A DNA stretch of 64,000 nt, from positions 1 to 64,000 of the forward strand of contig CAWCLO010000004.1 in NCBI GenBank assembly GCA_963796455.1, written 5' to 3'. Of the stretch, positions 30,149 through 39,425 are shown one piece after another (positions within the stretch are counted from its first letter, which is position 1; each line of letters starts with the position of its first letter). A program made the position numbers and the translations under genes. Source of the DNA: Candidatus Sulfomarinibacteraceae bacterium. GTDB taxonomy: Bacteria > Acidobacteriota > Thermoanaerobaculia > Thermoanaerobaculales > Sulfomarinibacteraceae. Below the pieces are notes generated by a model. It was not told the DNA's origin. It worked only from the letters and a program-made list of their open reading frames with translations, and searched no databases.

Positions 30149-32414
30149 AAGGAAACGCGACCCACCCCTCACCATCCAGCCTCGCTCCACACCATCCGTT
30201 GCGGGCGGGCCATCGGGTGGTGATCTGGCGGGCGTCCAGCCTTTTCAGGACTTCCTTGTGTGGATGGTCGTGGGTATTGAGAGATCCTGCCGGAATAACG
30301 GCGACCGCCGGCGTCGCGCGGTTCAGGAAGAGTTCGGAGCTTGATCCACGGCTGCCGTGGTGCGCCACCACCAGCACGTCGCAATCGAGGGACGACCGGC
30401 GAGCCAAACGAAATTCGGTTTCGCGCCCGATATCGGAGGTCAGGAGGACCACGGAGTCCCCAAGCTCGCTTCGAAGCACTACCGAGCGCTCGTTTTCTTT
30501 GCGCGGCAAGTCCATTGGAGGAGGCCATACGACGACGACTCGAATCTTTCCCACGGTGGTTTGCACCCCGAGCGAAAGGGCAAAGACGCGGACTCCGCGC
30601 CGGCGCGCCGCACGAAGCAGCGGCACGGCCTCCACCTCGGCGGTCATCCACAAGGGCATCATCAATCGGTCCACCGTCATCGTTTCAAGAACCTGAACGA
30701 TGCCCCCGATGTGGTCTTCATCGGTATGGGATGCGATGACCGCACCGATCTTCCGGGTCCTTGCATCCGCCAGTAACATGGAGGCTTCGCGTCGGAAGCG
30801 ACCCGCGTCGACCAACATCACGTCGTCCTGGTGGCGAACTAACACGGCCGCTCCATCACCGACCGGCAGGGCCTCGACGGACGTGACCGTCCCCGGAGCC
30901 GCAACAAAGAGCACGCTCGTCAGCATCACGGCCCCGATCCAGGTCACCGCGCCGTGGATGGCGCGGCGCCCGGGTTGGAGGGCGACCCACCCGCTGGCGG
31001 CAAAGACCAGAACGGCCAGCAACGGCAGGTGTGGTGCTACCAACTCGAAGGAACGGGCGGGGCTGCTGGCCATGCCGATTGCCGTCGTGAGCCAGAAAAC
31101 GATCTCGATCAAGAACGAGGCCGCTCCGGACCAGATCGGGGCGACAACGGCTGCCGCCACCGAGAGGAGCACGGTCGGCGCGATCAACGGCAGGACGATG
31201 AGGTTCGCCAGGATCGCGCCGGGAATCAGGCTGCGGAAATGCCACGCGACCAGGGGCACGGCCGCCGTCTGGGCGACAACGGGAACGGCGACGGCTCCGG
31301 AGAGCCAGCGAGGTATGGAGAGAGCCCGGGTCAGCGGTGGCACCCAGCGAACGAGAGCCGCGGTGATGATGATTGTGAGTTGGAAGCCGGCGTCGAGGAC
31401 CAGTCCGGGTCGGATGGTGAGCAGGCAACTCGCGGTCAGCAATACTGCGGCCATCGGTACGATCGCTCGTCCGAGGAGCCGCGCACCGAGGTAGATGACT
31501 CCCATCAACGCGGCCCGCATTGCCGATGGCGCTGCACCGGCCAAAAGGGCATAGGATGGGAGAACCAGGATGAGGATCAGTCGAGCCGCGCGAGGGCTTG
31601 CACCGGACCAAGCCAGCAGAAGCCATACTGCTCCACCTACCAGGCCCACATGCAGGCCGCTGACCGCGAGCACGTGGGCAAGACCCGAACGGCGCCATCG
31701 ATCGCGGCGTTCGCGCGGCACCAGGTCGCGCCGGCCGAGGGCAAGCGCTGAAGCGGTTTCGGCAGCCCGTATCTTGCGGATGTCGGTGCCGGCGGAGGCC
31801 AGGAGGGCGGTGCTCAGGCGGTCGCGAAACAGGGGCAGAGGGTGAGTTGCCGAGGTTTCTGTCAGGAGTCGTGGTGCGGCCACGAGAAGGGGTCGGAAAG
31901 AGGAACCGCGAACCCGGGCCAGGACCTCGATCTCGGACCCGGGGCGAGGTAAAGAATCCCTCCTGCTCACCCCCCGAAGCTCGAGACCGCAGCGCCCGGC
32001 GAGCGGCAGGAGCTGGTCTCCTAGGGAAGACGAGAGTACACGGACCCGGGTGCGAAGGCCCCAACGTTCCGTGGTCCAGCTTTCGAGTACTACGACTCGA
32101 ACCCGGATGGCGGTGTCGGCTCCGATGACCTGATTTTCGAGGTGGCGGCGATCGGCTGCCGCATCGAGGCCCCGTCCCCCGACCAGGGCGAGACCCGCCA
32201 TCAACCACAGCGCGCCGGTAGCCGCAGGCCCTCGTGATGAACTGCCGGCCAGGGCGGCGATCACGCCCAGAGCACCGCAGGCGGTGAGCAGCACGGCCAG
32301 ATATCGGGGCCCTGGGGATGGTGTCAGAGCAGCGGCGGTTGCCGCGAGAACAGCGCCGGTCGTGAGCAGCCACAGAGGACGCAGGGCGCGCCGTTCCGCA
32401 GCCTCGTCGGTCAC
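30147..32414 (-). CDS. comEC: ComEC/Rec2 DNA uptake competence protein
   Basis: SGLAHVLAVSGLHVG, RA.LM, GFQL; MBL domain VG.G, SHTDEDHIGG, VAHHGS, HPH. Confidence 0.92.
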   Translation of the reverse strand: MTDEAAERRALRPLWLLTTGAVLAATAAALTPSPGPRYLAVLLTACGALGVIAALAGSSSRGPAATGALWLMAGLALVGGRGLDAAADRRHLENQVIGADTAIRVRVVVLESWTTERWGLRTRVRVLSSSLGDQLLPLAGRCGLELRGVSRRDSLPRPGSEIEVLARVRGSSFRPLLVAAPRLLTETSATHPLPLFRDRLSTALLASAGTDIRKIRAAETASALALGRRDLVPRERRDRWRRSGLAHVLAVSGLHVGLVGGAVWLLLAWSGASPRAARLILILVLPSYALLAGAAPSAMRAALMGVIYLGARLLGRAIVPMAAVLLTASCLLTIRPGLVLDAGFQLTIIITAALVRWVPPLTRALSIPRWLSGAVAVPVVAQTAAVPLVAWHFRSLIPGAILANLIVLPLIAPTVLLSVAAAVVAPIWSGAASFLIEIVFWLTTAIGMASSPARSFELVAPHLPLLAVLVFAASGWVALQPGRRAIHGAVTWIGAVMLTSVLFVAAPGTVTSVEALPVGDGAAVLVRHQDDVMLVDAGRFRREASMLLADARTRKIGAVIASHTDEDHIGGIVQVLETMTVDRLMMPLWMTAEVEAVPLLRAARRRGVRVFALSLGVQTTVGKIRVVVVWPPPMDLPRKENERSVVLRSELGDSVVLLTSDIGRETEFRLARRSSLDCDVLVVAHHGSRGSSSELFLNRATPAVAVIPAGSLNTHDHPHKEVLKRLDARQITTRWPARNGWCGARLDGEGWVAFP

Positions 32415-33718
32415 ATCTTCTCCAGCATTGCCAAGATCTCCACGTGGTGGGTGTGGGGGAAAAGATCGAAGAGCTCGATCGTGGTGAGTTGATAGCCGTT
32501 GTCGAGCAGGTGGATTGCGTCGCGGCTCCAGGTGGCGGCATCACAGCCGAGCATCAGGATCCTCTGCGGCTGCCATTTCACGATCGAATTGAGCAACTCC
32601 CGGGTCAATCCGGAGCGAGGGGGATCGGTGATGACGAGCGCTTTGGAAGGGAGATCGCTTTGGTCCCGGAGGATCTCCTCGGCGGTCACGCCGACCGCCA
32701 CTTTCGCCTCGGGGAGGTTCTGCTGCGCTGCCTGTGCGGCTCCGAAGTGCGGTTCGGCAAGAAAGAGCTCGCGTGGACAGCGTGACGTTGCGGCAGCGGC
32801 AAGGAAGCCCACTCCAGCGTGAAGATCGAAGACCGGCTCACCCTCGTCACCCGCGAGGTCGGCGACTCTCGAGAAGAGCGGTTCCAGGAGAAAACGGTTG
32901 CCCTGGAAAAATGCCCCGATCGGGACTTCAAGCCGGGTGGCGAGCTCAAAAACGACCCGGTCGTCGCCCCATCCTGAACGAGGGTGACCGCTTCGCGACA
33001 ATCGATGAAAACCGGAAACGAAGTCAGAAACCTCGTCGCTCGTCGGTATCCAGGCGTTGGAGGTTTCTTTCGGACCTCCCTTGGCCGGTCGGATCGCGGC
33101 GACCGCGGTCGCGGGATCGCTCCCCTCCAACCATTCAATATCGACCGCGGCATCGCACCGTCGAGACAGGCTCTTGGAAAGCTCCGGCAACGCTCGCATC
33201 AGGAGAGGAGAAAGTATTCGGCAAGGCGAAATATCGGCGACCTCGTGGCTTTGGGCTTCATAAAAACCGAGTCTCTGCCGGGTGGGGTCCCAGTGAAGGC
33301 GAGCGCGGAGGCGTGAGGCGGCGGGGGAGGCGTGAAATATCGCCGCAGCGATGGCAGTTGAAAGCTCCGGTTTGGACCTTGCGGCGTCGGAAGCCATTGC
33401 AGCTTTGACCGGTCCACCCAATTGGGGGTCGACGTGGGGCCAGTCGCAACCGCCACAGCTGGAAGCGCTCGGGCAGGGGTCTTCGAGTCTGGCCGGGTGC
33501 GGGTTGCCGATGACCTGGAGACACCTGGCCTCGACGATTCCGGCTCGCCGCCTGGTGGCTTTGGCCCGGATCTTTTCGTCGGGCAATGCTGCGGTCACCA
33601 TCAGGGTTTCGCCGGCATGGTGCGCGAGACCTTGTCCGCCCCCGACCACCTTCTCGATGATGACCTCGAAATCATCCGATGCGGAATTGCGGCCGCCCGG
33701 GTCAAGCAATTCGTTCAT
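32411..33718 (-). CDS. TRAM-domain RNA (uracil-5)-methyltransferase (RlmD/TrmA family)
   Basis: CGGCDW, FFQGN, DLHAGVG, DPPRSGL, GCDAAT, DLFPHTHHVE. Confidence 0.88.
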   Translation of the reverse strand: MNELLDPGGRNSASDDFEVIIEKVVGGGQGLAHHAGETLMVTAALPDEKIRAKATRRRAGIVEARCLQVIGNPHPARLEDPCPSASSCGGCDWPHVDPQLGGPVKAAMASDAARSKPELSTAIAAAIFHASPAASRLRARLHWDPTRQRLGFYEAQSHEVADISPCRILSPLLMRALPELSKSLSRRCDAAVDIEWLEGSDPATAVAAIRPAKGGPKETSNAWIPTSDEVSDFVSGFHRLSRSGHPRSGWGDDRVVFELATRLEVPIGAFFQGNRFLLEPLFSRVADLAGDEGEPVFDLHAGVGFLAAAATSRCPRELFLAEPHFGAAQAAQQNLPEAKVAVGVTAEEILRDQSDLPSKALVITDPPRSGLTRELLNSIVKWQPQRILMLGCDAATWSRDAIHLLDNGYQLTTIELFDLFPHTHHVEILAMLEKM

Positions 33719-34386
33719 CCGTCGATCTCCAGTCGTGGCAGGCGCAGCAATTCGCGGATATTTCGATCACGGTGGGCCCGGTAGGCGCGTTCTCGACCAT
33801 CGGCGGATGTGGTGCTCTGATCGGCGGCGGCCCGCGCACGATGCGCGACTTCATCGCGCTGCTTTTGATCGAGCAACTCGTAGCTGTTGGCGAGAAGCGC
33901 CGTTTCGAGCGCATACAGGTGTTCTCCGACGGTCTCGGGTGGGAGGTCGGCAGCCGCGGTGACGGAGCCGGCCATGCCTTTGATCAGCTCCGCAAGACGA
34001 GGATTGTATGCTTCAGCCTCTCGTGCCGAATCTTCGAGCCTCTCGGCCAGACGATGGAGCGCCGGGGTCTGATCGACGGTCTTTTCAGCAGCCTCCTCAT
34101 CGTGTGCACCGACGTGCATCTCCGCGATTTGTCGCGCCTGGGCGCGAACGGCGTGGCGGCAATAGCTCAGACTCACAACGGGTTCGCCATCTCCTCGATC
34201 CCGTCGCTTGGCGAAGGTTTCGGCGATCCCGGCCTGTACGGCGGCCAAGGGAATCTGATCATCCCACCATTGCCGCAGGAGATGGAAATCTTTTGGCGAC
34301 AGTGTGTGAGGCACGCCGCGCAAGGTCGCGAAGAAATCTTCGGCCGCGCGATAGTATTCGAGCTCACGGTCCTCCGGTGTCGCCAT
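33715..34386 (-). CDS. Hypothetical helical protein
   Basis: 223-aa ORF with 4-bp overlap to the next gene; LSPKD..L...W....IP motif. Confidence 0.7.
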   Translation of the reverse strand: MATPEDRELEYYRAAEDFFATLRGVPHTLSPKDFHLLRQWWDDQIPLAAVQAGIAETFAKRRDRGDGEPVVSLSYCRHAVRAQARQIAEMHVGAHDEEAAEKTVDQTPALHRLAERLEDSAREAEAYNPRLAELIKGMAGSVTAAADLPPETVGEHLYALETALLANSYELLDQKQRDEVAHRARAAADQSTTSADGRERAYRAHRDRNIRELLRLPRLEIDG

Positions 34387-34499
34387 GTCGAGAGTGTAGC
34401 CCGTTCCCGCCGCAGAACCAGCCCCGAGAGGATTTTGAAATGGAATCTCTTGAATAATACCGACTGAATGAATCGTAACGGTACAATACTGACTCAGAA

Positions 34500-36890
34500 A
34501 TGCGACGCATTTTTCGCCTGATTTTCGTCTTCTGCCTCGTCACGGGGGCTTCGTCGGTGCTTGCGGGCACCTGGGGTGCTTTGCCTGACGCGATCGCCCG
34601 ACTTCAGGTCAACCCGAATGATCGGGCCGCGGAAGGCGTGATCGCAGATGCCGAGGCGTCGATTTTGAACGAAATTGCGGCTGGGCGCCTTCCGGCCGTG
34701 GTGACCTTGATGGAGGTCTACGCGAGTCTTGTCATGCGTCTTCCCAGTGGTGAGCAGAGAATACAGTCACTTCAGAGGCGGGCGGCGGCCGCGCTGGTGA
34801 TTCATGGCAATCAGCAAAAAGCGTCCGATCTCGATGAAGCAGGAAGGTCTTGGACTCTTGCCGCTTCTTTTGATCCGTCGAGCGAGGCGGTCGAGCTTCT
34901 GCGGGGGTTGATTTTTCCGCCCGCCGAACCTGAAACCGGCGAGACCTGGATCTCAGAGCTCGACGGTGCCGCCCTGGTCTACCTGCCGCCCACGAGAGTT
35001 CGCATCGGATGTTCGGAACTGGATCGCCGCTGCCGCCAGAACGAGGTCTTTTTCCTCTGGCTCGAGGTGCCCGGCATCTGGGTCGAAACCACCGAGGTGA
35101 CGAACGATCGTTATCGTCGTTGCGTCGCAAGCGGTGGGTGCTCACTCCCGGCAAACGAGGAGGTCTTTAATGACCGCTCGGTGGGATCGCGACCCGTGGT
35201 TGGAGTGACATGGTTGCAAGCCCGGGATTTCGCGAGGTGGACTGGTCGAAGCCTTCCCACCGAGGCGGAGTGGGAACGCGCGGCTCGTGGCGATTCGACC
35301 CGCCGCCGATTCCCCTGGGGCTCCGCTCGTCGTCCGGACGCTGCCAACGTGTTGAGTGACGCGTTGAGCTATGGCGGAGGACCCATGGATGTGGGGTCAT
35401 TCGAGGCAAATCCGGAAGGAATTCATGATCTTGCCGGCAATGTCTGGGAGTGGTGCGAAGATCGTTATCAGCCGGGGCTCAAGGATCTTCCTTCTGACGG
35501 ATCTCCCCGGAAATCCGGAATCGGCCGGGTGGTTCGCGGCGGCTCGTGGCGGCGAACCATCGACCTCGCCCGGGTCTCGACCCGGTCCTGGTTCGACGAT
35601 GATTACCGAGCCGACGATCTGGGCTTCAGATGTTTTTCGCAACAAACCGGAAATCTCAGCGACGCCAGGGTGATCTCGACCGCCCGCCGGACGTTTCCGA
35701 TCGAGATCGAACCGGGGCGGGAACTCTTCGGGGTGCGGTTGAGCGCCGAAGATCGACGCTATCTCGAGCAACGGACGATTACCTGGCTGGTCCTCGAAGA
35801 ACGATCCGGCGAGGCGGTGTTGCAGGCGGAAAATCTGCTGCGTCGAGATCCCCGCGATCCTGCTGCCATCGAGTTGCTCGACTGGGTCGAGACGGAGTTG
35901 GCAAAGCGGGCTCAGGCGGGTGATGTAACGGTTTTTGCGGAGCTTCAGATCAGCTATCGCCGAGTCATTTCGTCCCATCCCCAATTTGGGCGCCGTGCAC
36001 GCGACTCGGATGTCCGGTTGGCTGCGGCGCTCCGCGCCTGCGGTGAGCGATACAGCCGGGATGGAAATCGGGAACGTGCGCGAGCCTGCTTTCAGGAGGG
36101 CCTGAGAATCGCTTCGGGCGACCCCGTATTGCGGCGCGGTCTCGAGGCCCTCGAGAACAGAGCGGGAGAGTTTCGCATCTGGTCAGGTGACGGCAAGCAG
36201 ATGTCCTGGGTGCCGGGCGATACCTTTCGATTCGGGGCCAGCCCGGGAGACCGGCAGGCCGCGACCGACGAGTTGCCCTCCAGCGAAATTCGGGTCGACG
36301 GATTTTGGATGGACCGCACCGAGGTCACGAATGAAGAATATCGTCGCTGCGTCGACGCGGGCGCATGTACCCCGCCGAATCGACCCGAGGTCTTTGATGA
36401 TCCGATGCGCAAAAACCACCCGGTTTTGTGGGTCAGTTGGCTCCAGGCCCGGAGTTATGCGGATTGGGCCGGGAAGCGGCTGCCAACGGAAGTCGAGTGG
36501 GAGCGGGCTGCCCGGGCCGGATCCACGACCCGGTATCCATGGGGAAATTCCTGGGACTCATCCAGGGCAAACGGCCTCGGGATTGAAGGAAATGACCGCT
36601 GGGTGCAAGATGCCCCGGTCGGCAGTTTCCCCGCAAATGTGTGGGGAATTCACGATCTCATCGGCAACGCGGCGGAGTACGTCCTCGATGTCTATCACCT
36701 GAGCTACGACGGATTGCCCCGTACCGGTCGACCCTGGGTGCAGGAAACAGGGTCCTTTAGCGAGCGCCAGCGAGTCATCCGCGGTGGGTCCTGGGCCGAT
36801 CAAGCTTCGCGCCACCGCGTTTCCCGCCGCGCCTCGAGGGTGGAGATGGACACGCATCGCGCCACCGGTTTCCGCTGCGTCGTCGACTGA
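34500..36890 (+). CDS. Secreted protein with two FGE/SUMF1-like domains and helical linkers
   Basis: Signal peptide; two copies of TEVTN, PV..V.W, LPTE.EWERAAR, PWG, G..DL.GN..E, RGGSW, GFRC. Confidence 0.88.
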   Translation: MRRIFRLIFVFCLVTGASSVLAGTWGALPDAIARLQVNPNDRAAEGVIADAEASILNEIAAGRLPAVVTLMEVYASLVMRLPSGEQRIQSLQRRAAAALVIHGNQQKASDLDEAGRSWTLAASFDPSSEAVELLRGLIFPPAEPETGETWISELDGAALVYLPPTRVRIGCSELDRRCRQNEVFFLWLEVPGIWVETTEVTNDRYRRCVASGGCSLPANEEVFNDRSVGSRPVVGVTWLQARDFARWTGRSLPTEAEWERAARGDSTRRRFPWGSARRPDAANVLSDALSYGGGPMDVGSFEANPEGIHDLAGNVWEWCEDRYQPGLKDLPSDGSPRKSGIGRVVRGGSWRRTIDLARVSTRSWFDDDYRADDLGFRCFSQQTGNLSDARVISTARRTFPIEIEPGRELFGVRLSAEDRRYLEQRTITWLVLEERSGEAVLQAENLLRRDPRDPAAIELLDWVETELAKRAQAGDVTVFAELQISYRRVISSHPQFGRRARDSDVRLAAALRACGERYSRDGNRERARACFQEGLRIASGDPVLRRGLEALENRAGEFRIWSGDGKQMSWVPGDTFRFGASPGDRQAATDELPSSEIRVDGFWMDRTEVTNEEYRRCVDAGACTPPNRPEVFDDPMRKNHPVLWVSWLQARSYADWAGKRLPTEVEWERAARAGSTTRYPWGNSWDSSRANGLGIEGNDRWVQDAPVGSFPANVWGIHDLIGNAAEYVLDVYHLSYDGLPRTGRPWVQETGSFSERQRVIRGGSWADQASRHRVSRRASRVEMDTHRATGFRCVVD

Positions 36891-37062
36891 AATCCCGACT
36901 TCGCTCTGCGGGTCGTCGCCGTGGCAGGTTCGCCCAATTTCGCCCGCAGATCACGCAGACGAGAAATCGCTATCGCTATCGATGTGACGACGATCCGCGG
37001 CTCGAGTCGGCCCCTTTGGATCGCTCGGGTAGGTTCGTCGCCCTCGACTCTTCCCGTCCTTT

Positions 37063-37108
37063 AGATCCTTCGACTACGGCTATGCCTCCGCTCAGGATGA
37101 CATCGGGA
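37063..37108. repeat. Half copy of the GTCATCCTGAGC element
   Basis: AGATCCTTCGACT...CTCCGCTCAGGATGACATCGGGA. Confidence 0.75.
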
Positions 37109-37202
37109 AGGGCTCGTGCTGAATTGGGATGGCTTCGTAGCGACGGTAGCGGGGTTGTCGTGAGAAGGGGGCCGCGAGCGCCGGAGGCGCGACAGAATCT
37201 AA

Positions 37203-37324
37203 AGCCCATAGCCCCATAGCCCCATAGCCCATAGCCCCATAGCCCATAGCCCATAGCCCATAGCCCCATAGCCCATAGCCCATAGCCCATAGCCCATAGC
37301 CCTATAGCCTAGAGCCTAGAGCCC
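37203..37324. repeat. Tandem AGCCC(C)AT array, about 16 units
   Basis: Directly visible; degenerate end overlaps the stop codon at 37316-37318. Confidence 0.92.
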
Positions 37325-38458
37325 GACCTTCTCCAGGATCTGATCCAACGCCTCGAGTTCACCTCGAGTGGTATAGAAATGCGGGGAGAACCGCACATTG
37401 CCCTGGCGAACCGAAACGATGACCCGGCGTTCTTCAAGCCGGCGGCGGGCCTCGGCCGGTCCGATCCCGGGGTGTCGGGCGGCGACGATTCCCGAGATCG
37501 GATGACCTGCCCCCGGCGAATAGACATCCCATCCATGAGCCAGCAGAATGCGGGTCAGCAAGCGGCTCAGCATTTCGACCCGTGTCTGGATGTTGTCGCG
37601 TTCGACGGCAGCGAGGATATCGAGGGCGGCCGCCAGTCCGGCAACGCCGATTTCGTTGGCCGCTCCCGGTTCAAATCGCCGGCCATCGCTGCGATGTTCG
37701 AGGTGGTCGAGAAAATAGTTTTTTGGCGCGAGCACCACGTTTCGCCAACCCGAGATGACCGGATGCAGTTTTTCGCGCAAGTGTGGCGTGGTGGCCATCA
37801 GACCGCAGCCCTCTGGACCGAGCAACCACTTGTGGCCGTCGGCAACCAGCGCATCCACTCCCAGAGTTCCCATGTGCATGGGCAGCACACCGAGACCCTG
37901 GATCGCATCAACCACCAGCAGCGTTCCGTGTTCGCGGCAGAGGCGGCTGAGCTGGGCCAGCGGGGCGATCCAACCACTGTGAAACGCGACCCACGAAACC
38001 GCGAGCACCCGGGTCCGGTCCCCGATCAACGATTCGACCACCTCCGGTTCGATCCGCCCATCCGGTTGCGGAAATCTCACCACCTCCACGCCCCGGCGTT
38101 GCAACCCGAGCCAGGGTGCGACGTTGGCAGCAAATTCTTCCGCGCCAACCAGAATTTCGTCGCCCTCTTCGAGATCCAGCCCCTCTGCGATCAGCGACAG
38201 GCCTTCTGAGGTGCTTTTGATGATCGAGATATCATCCGGGGCGCACCCGATCAGCTGGCTCCCGAGATGCCTGCAACCAAGCTGATTGTTGCGCCACTCG
38301 GAATTCTGATCAAAACCGGTCCGCTCCTGTTCGGTGATGCGCCGACGCATGGCCTCGGCCACCGGAGTCGGCAGCGGACACACGGCTGCGTGATCGAGGT
38401 ACAACGCGTGTTCACGAATCGGAAAGTCGGGCAACCAGCGGCCGAGATCGAAGGTCAT
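37316..38458 (-). CDS. Class V PLP-dependent aminotransferase-fold enzyme
   Basis: YLDHAA, STSEGL, VVDAIQ, DGHKWLLGPEG.G, RFEPG, VRFSPHFY. Confidence 0.88.
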   Translation of the reverse strand: MTFDLGRWLPDFPIREHALYLDHAAVCPLPTPVAEAMRRRITEQERTGFDQNSEWRNNQLGCRHLGSQLIGCAPDDISIIKSTSEGLSLIAEGLDLEEGDEILVGAEEFAANVAPWLGLQRRGVEVVRFPQPDGRIEPEVVESLIGDRTRVLAVSWVAFHSGWIAPLAQLSRLCREHGTLLVVDAIQGLGVLPMHMGTLGVDALVADGHKWLLGPEGCGLMATTPHLREKLHPVISGWRNVVLAPKNYFLDHLEHRSDGRRFEPGAANEIGVAGLAAALDILAAVERDNIQTRVEMLSRLLTRILLAHGWDVYSPGAGHPISGIVAARHPGIGPAEARRRLEERRVIVSVRQGNVRFSPHFYTTRGELEALDQILEKVGL

Positions 38459-38649
38459 GGGGTGATCATACCGCGGGTTGTTGCGAATTCGGATGTGATG
38501 CCCGACCTTAAATAGTGGGGTTTTATCGTGGGCTATCGGCGGATCGCTGTTGCTGTCTCAATCGGAATAGCATTCGACGGATTGGCCGCCGAAATCCGCA
38601 ATCGAAACTGGAGCGATTTCCTGTTCTTCGGTTTTTTGATGAACGAGGC

Positions 38650-39330
38650 TCAGACGTTCGGCATCAGGTGAATTTTTTGGATCTGCAGCATGCCGACTTT
38701 GGTCAGTGCATCGGGGTCGCGGATGGCGAGTGGGATGAGGTCGATTTCGGCGATGCCGGTCGCATCCATATTCGGACCGCGCAGCAGACCGTGTCCGCAC
38801 ACCCTGCCCGTTGGTTCCCCGTGCCGGCTCATTCGCCGCGCCAACTCGATGATGGTCTCCCACTGCGCGGGCGGGAAGTTCGGTTGGCTCGAGAGGGGAT
38901 AGATGATGTAGCCGACCCTGGTTCGCAGGTTGGCGGCCTGGAGAAGATCCGATTCCGCCGCTGAGGCGAGGAATCGTTGGCTCACGACATAGGTGTGCTC
39001 GGGGTCGAGATCGCGGAGTACGGCGAGGTGCTCCTGATCGCTCAGGCGCACAGGGATGTCCGAGTCGCGGATGACGTCGTTGAGAAGGCCCTGAACGTGG
39101 TCCCCGATTTGCGACCCACCCTCGGCGGCGGCGGGAAACCAGTTTCCGGTCATCGGTTCGAGGCGAACCAGGTAGATGCCGAGACATGAGTCGGGCAGGC
39201 CGTTGCTGGATTTCGAACTCTGTACCATCGCTTGCCGCTGCGCCAGGCGGATCTCGGGGGGAAGAAATACCTTCAGAAATTCCATCCCTGCGAAGGGTCG
39301 ATCGACGGGTTGGTCCGTTGGTCCAGCCAT
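38650..39330 (-). CDS. Hypothetical protein with degenerate GGDEF-like fold
   Basis: IRDSDIPVRLSDQEHLAVL in place of R.SD...R.GGEEF..LL; VGYIIYP. Confidence 0.6.
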   Translation of the reverse strand: MAGPTDQPVDRPFAGMEFLKVFLPPEIRLAQRQAMVQSSKSSNGLPDSCLGIYLVRLEPMTGNWFPAAAEGGSQIGDHVQGLLNDVIRDSDIPVRLSDQEHLAVLRDLDPEHTYVVSQRFLASAAESDLLQAANLRTRVGYIIYPLSSQPNFPPAQWETIIELARRMSRHGEPTGRVCGHGLLRGPNMDATGIAEIDLIPLAIRDPDALTKVGMLQIQKIHLMPNV

Positions 39331-39425
39331 CTTTCGATCGTCTCAGAACCGGTCCTGTGAGTCAACGAAGCGATGTGACGCCTCTCATCAGAAGACGGTC
39401 TTTCGAGGCGATCGAGGTGTTTTTG

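Noticed and set aside
36976..37290. Low-complexity ORFs such as MGYGLWAMG.. and NSELRTP.. peptides
   Set aside because: Translations of heptamer tandem repeats with no RBS or family signal.
34500..38458. Ergothioneine EgtB/EgtE pair
   Set aside because: The FGE-fold protein is secreted, tandem and lacks a DinB-like metal-binding domain; the genes are convergent and egtD is absent.
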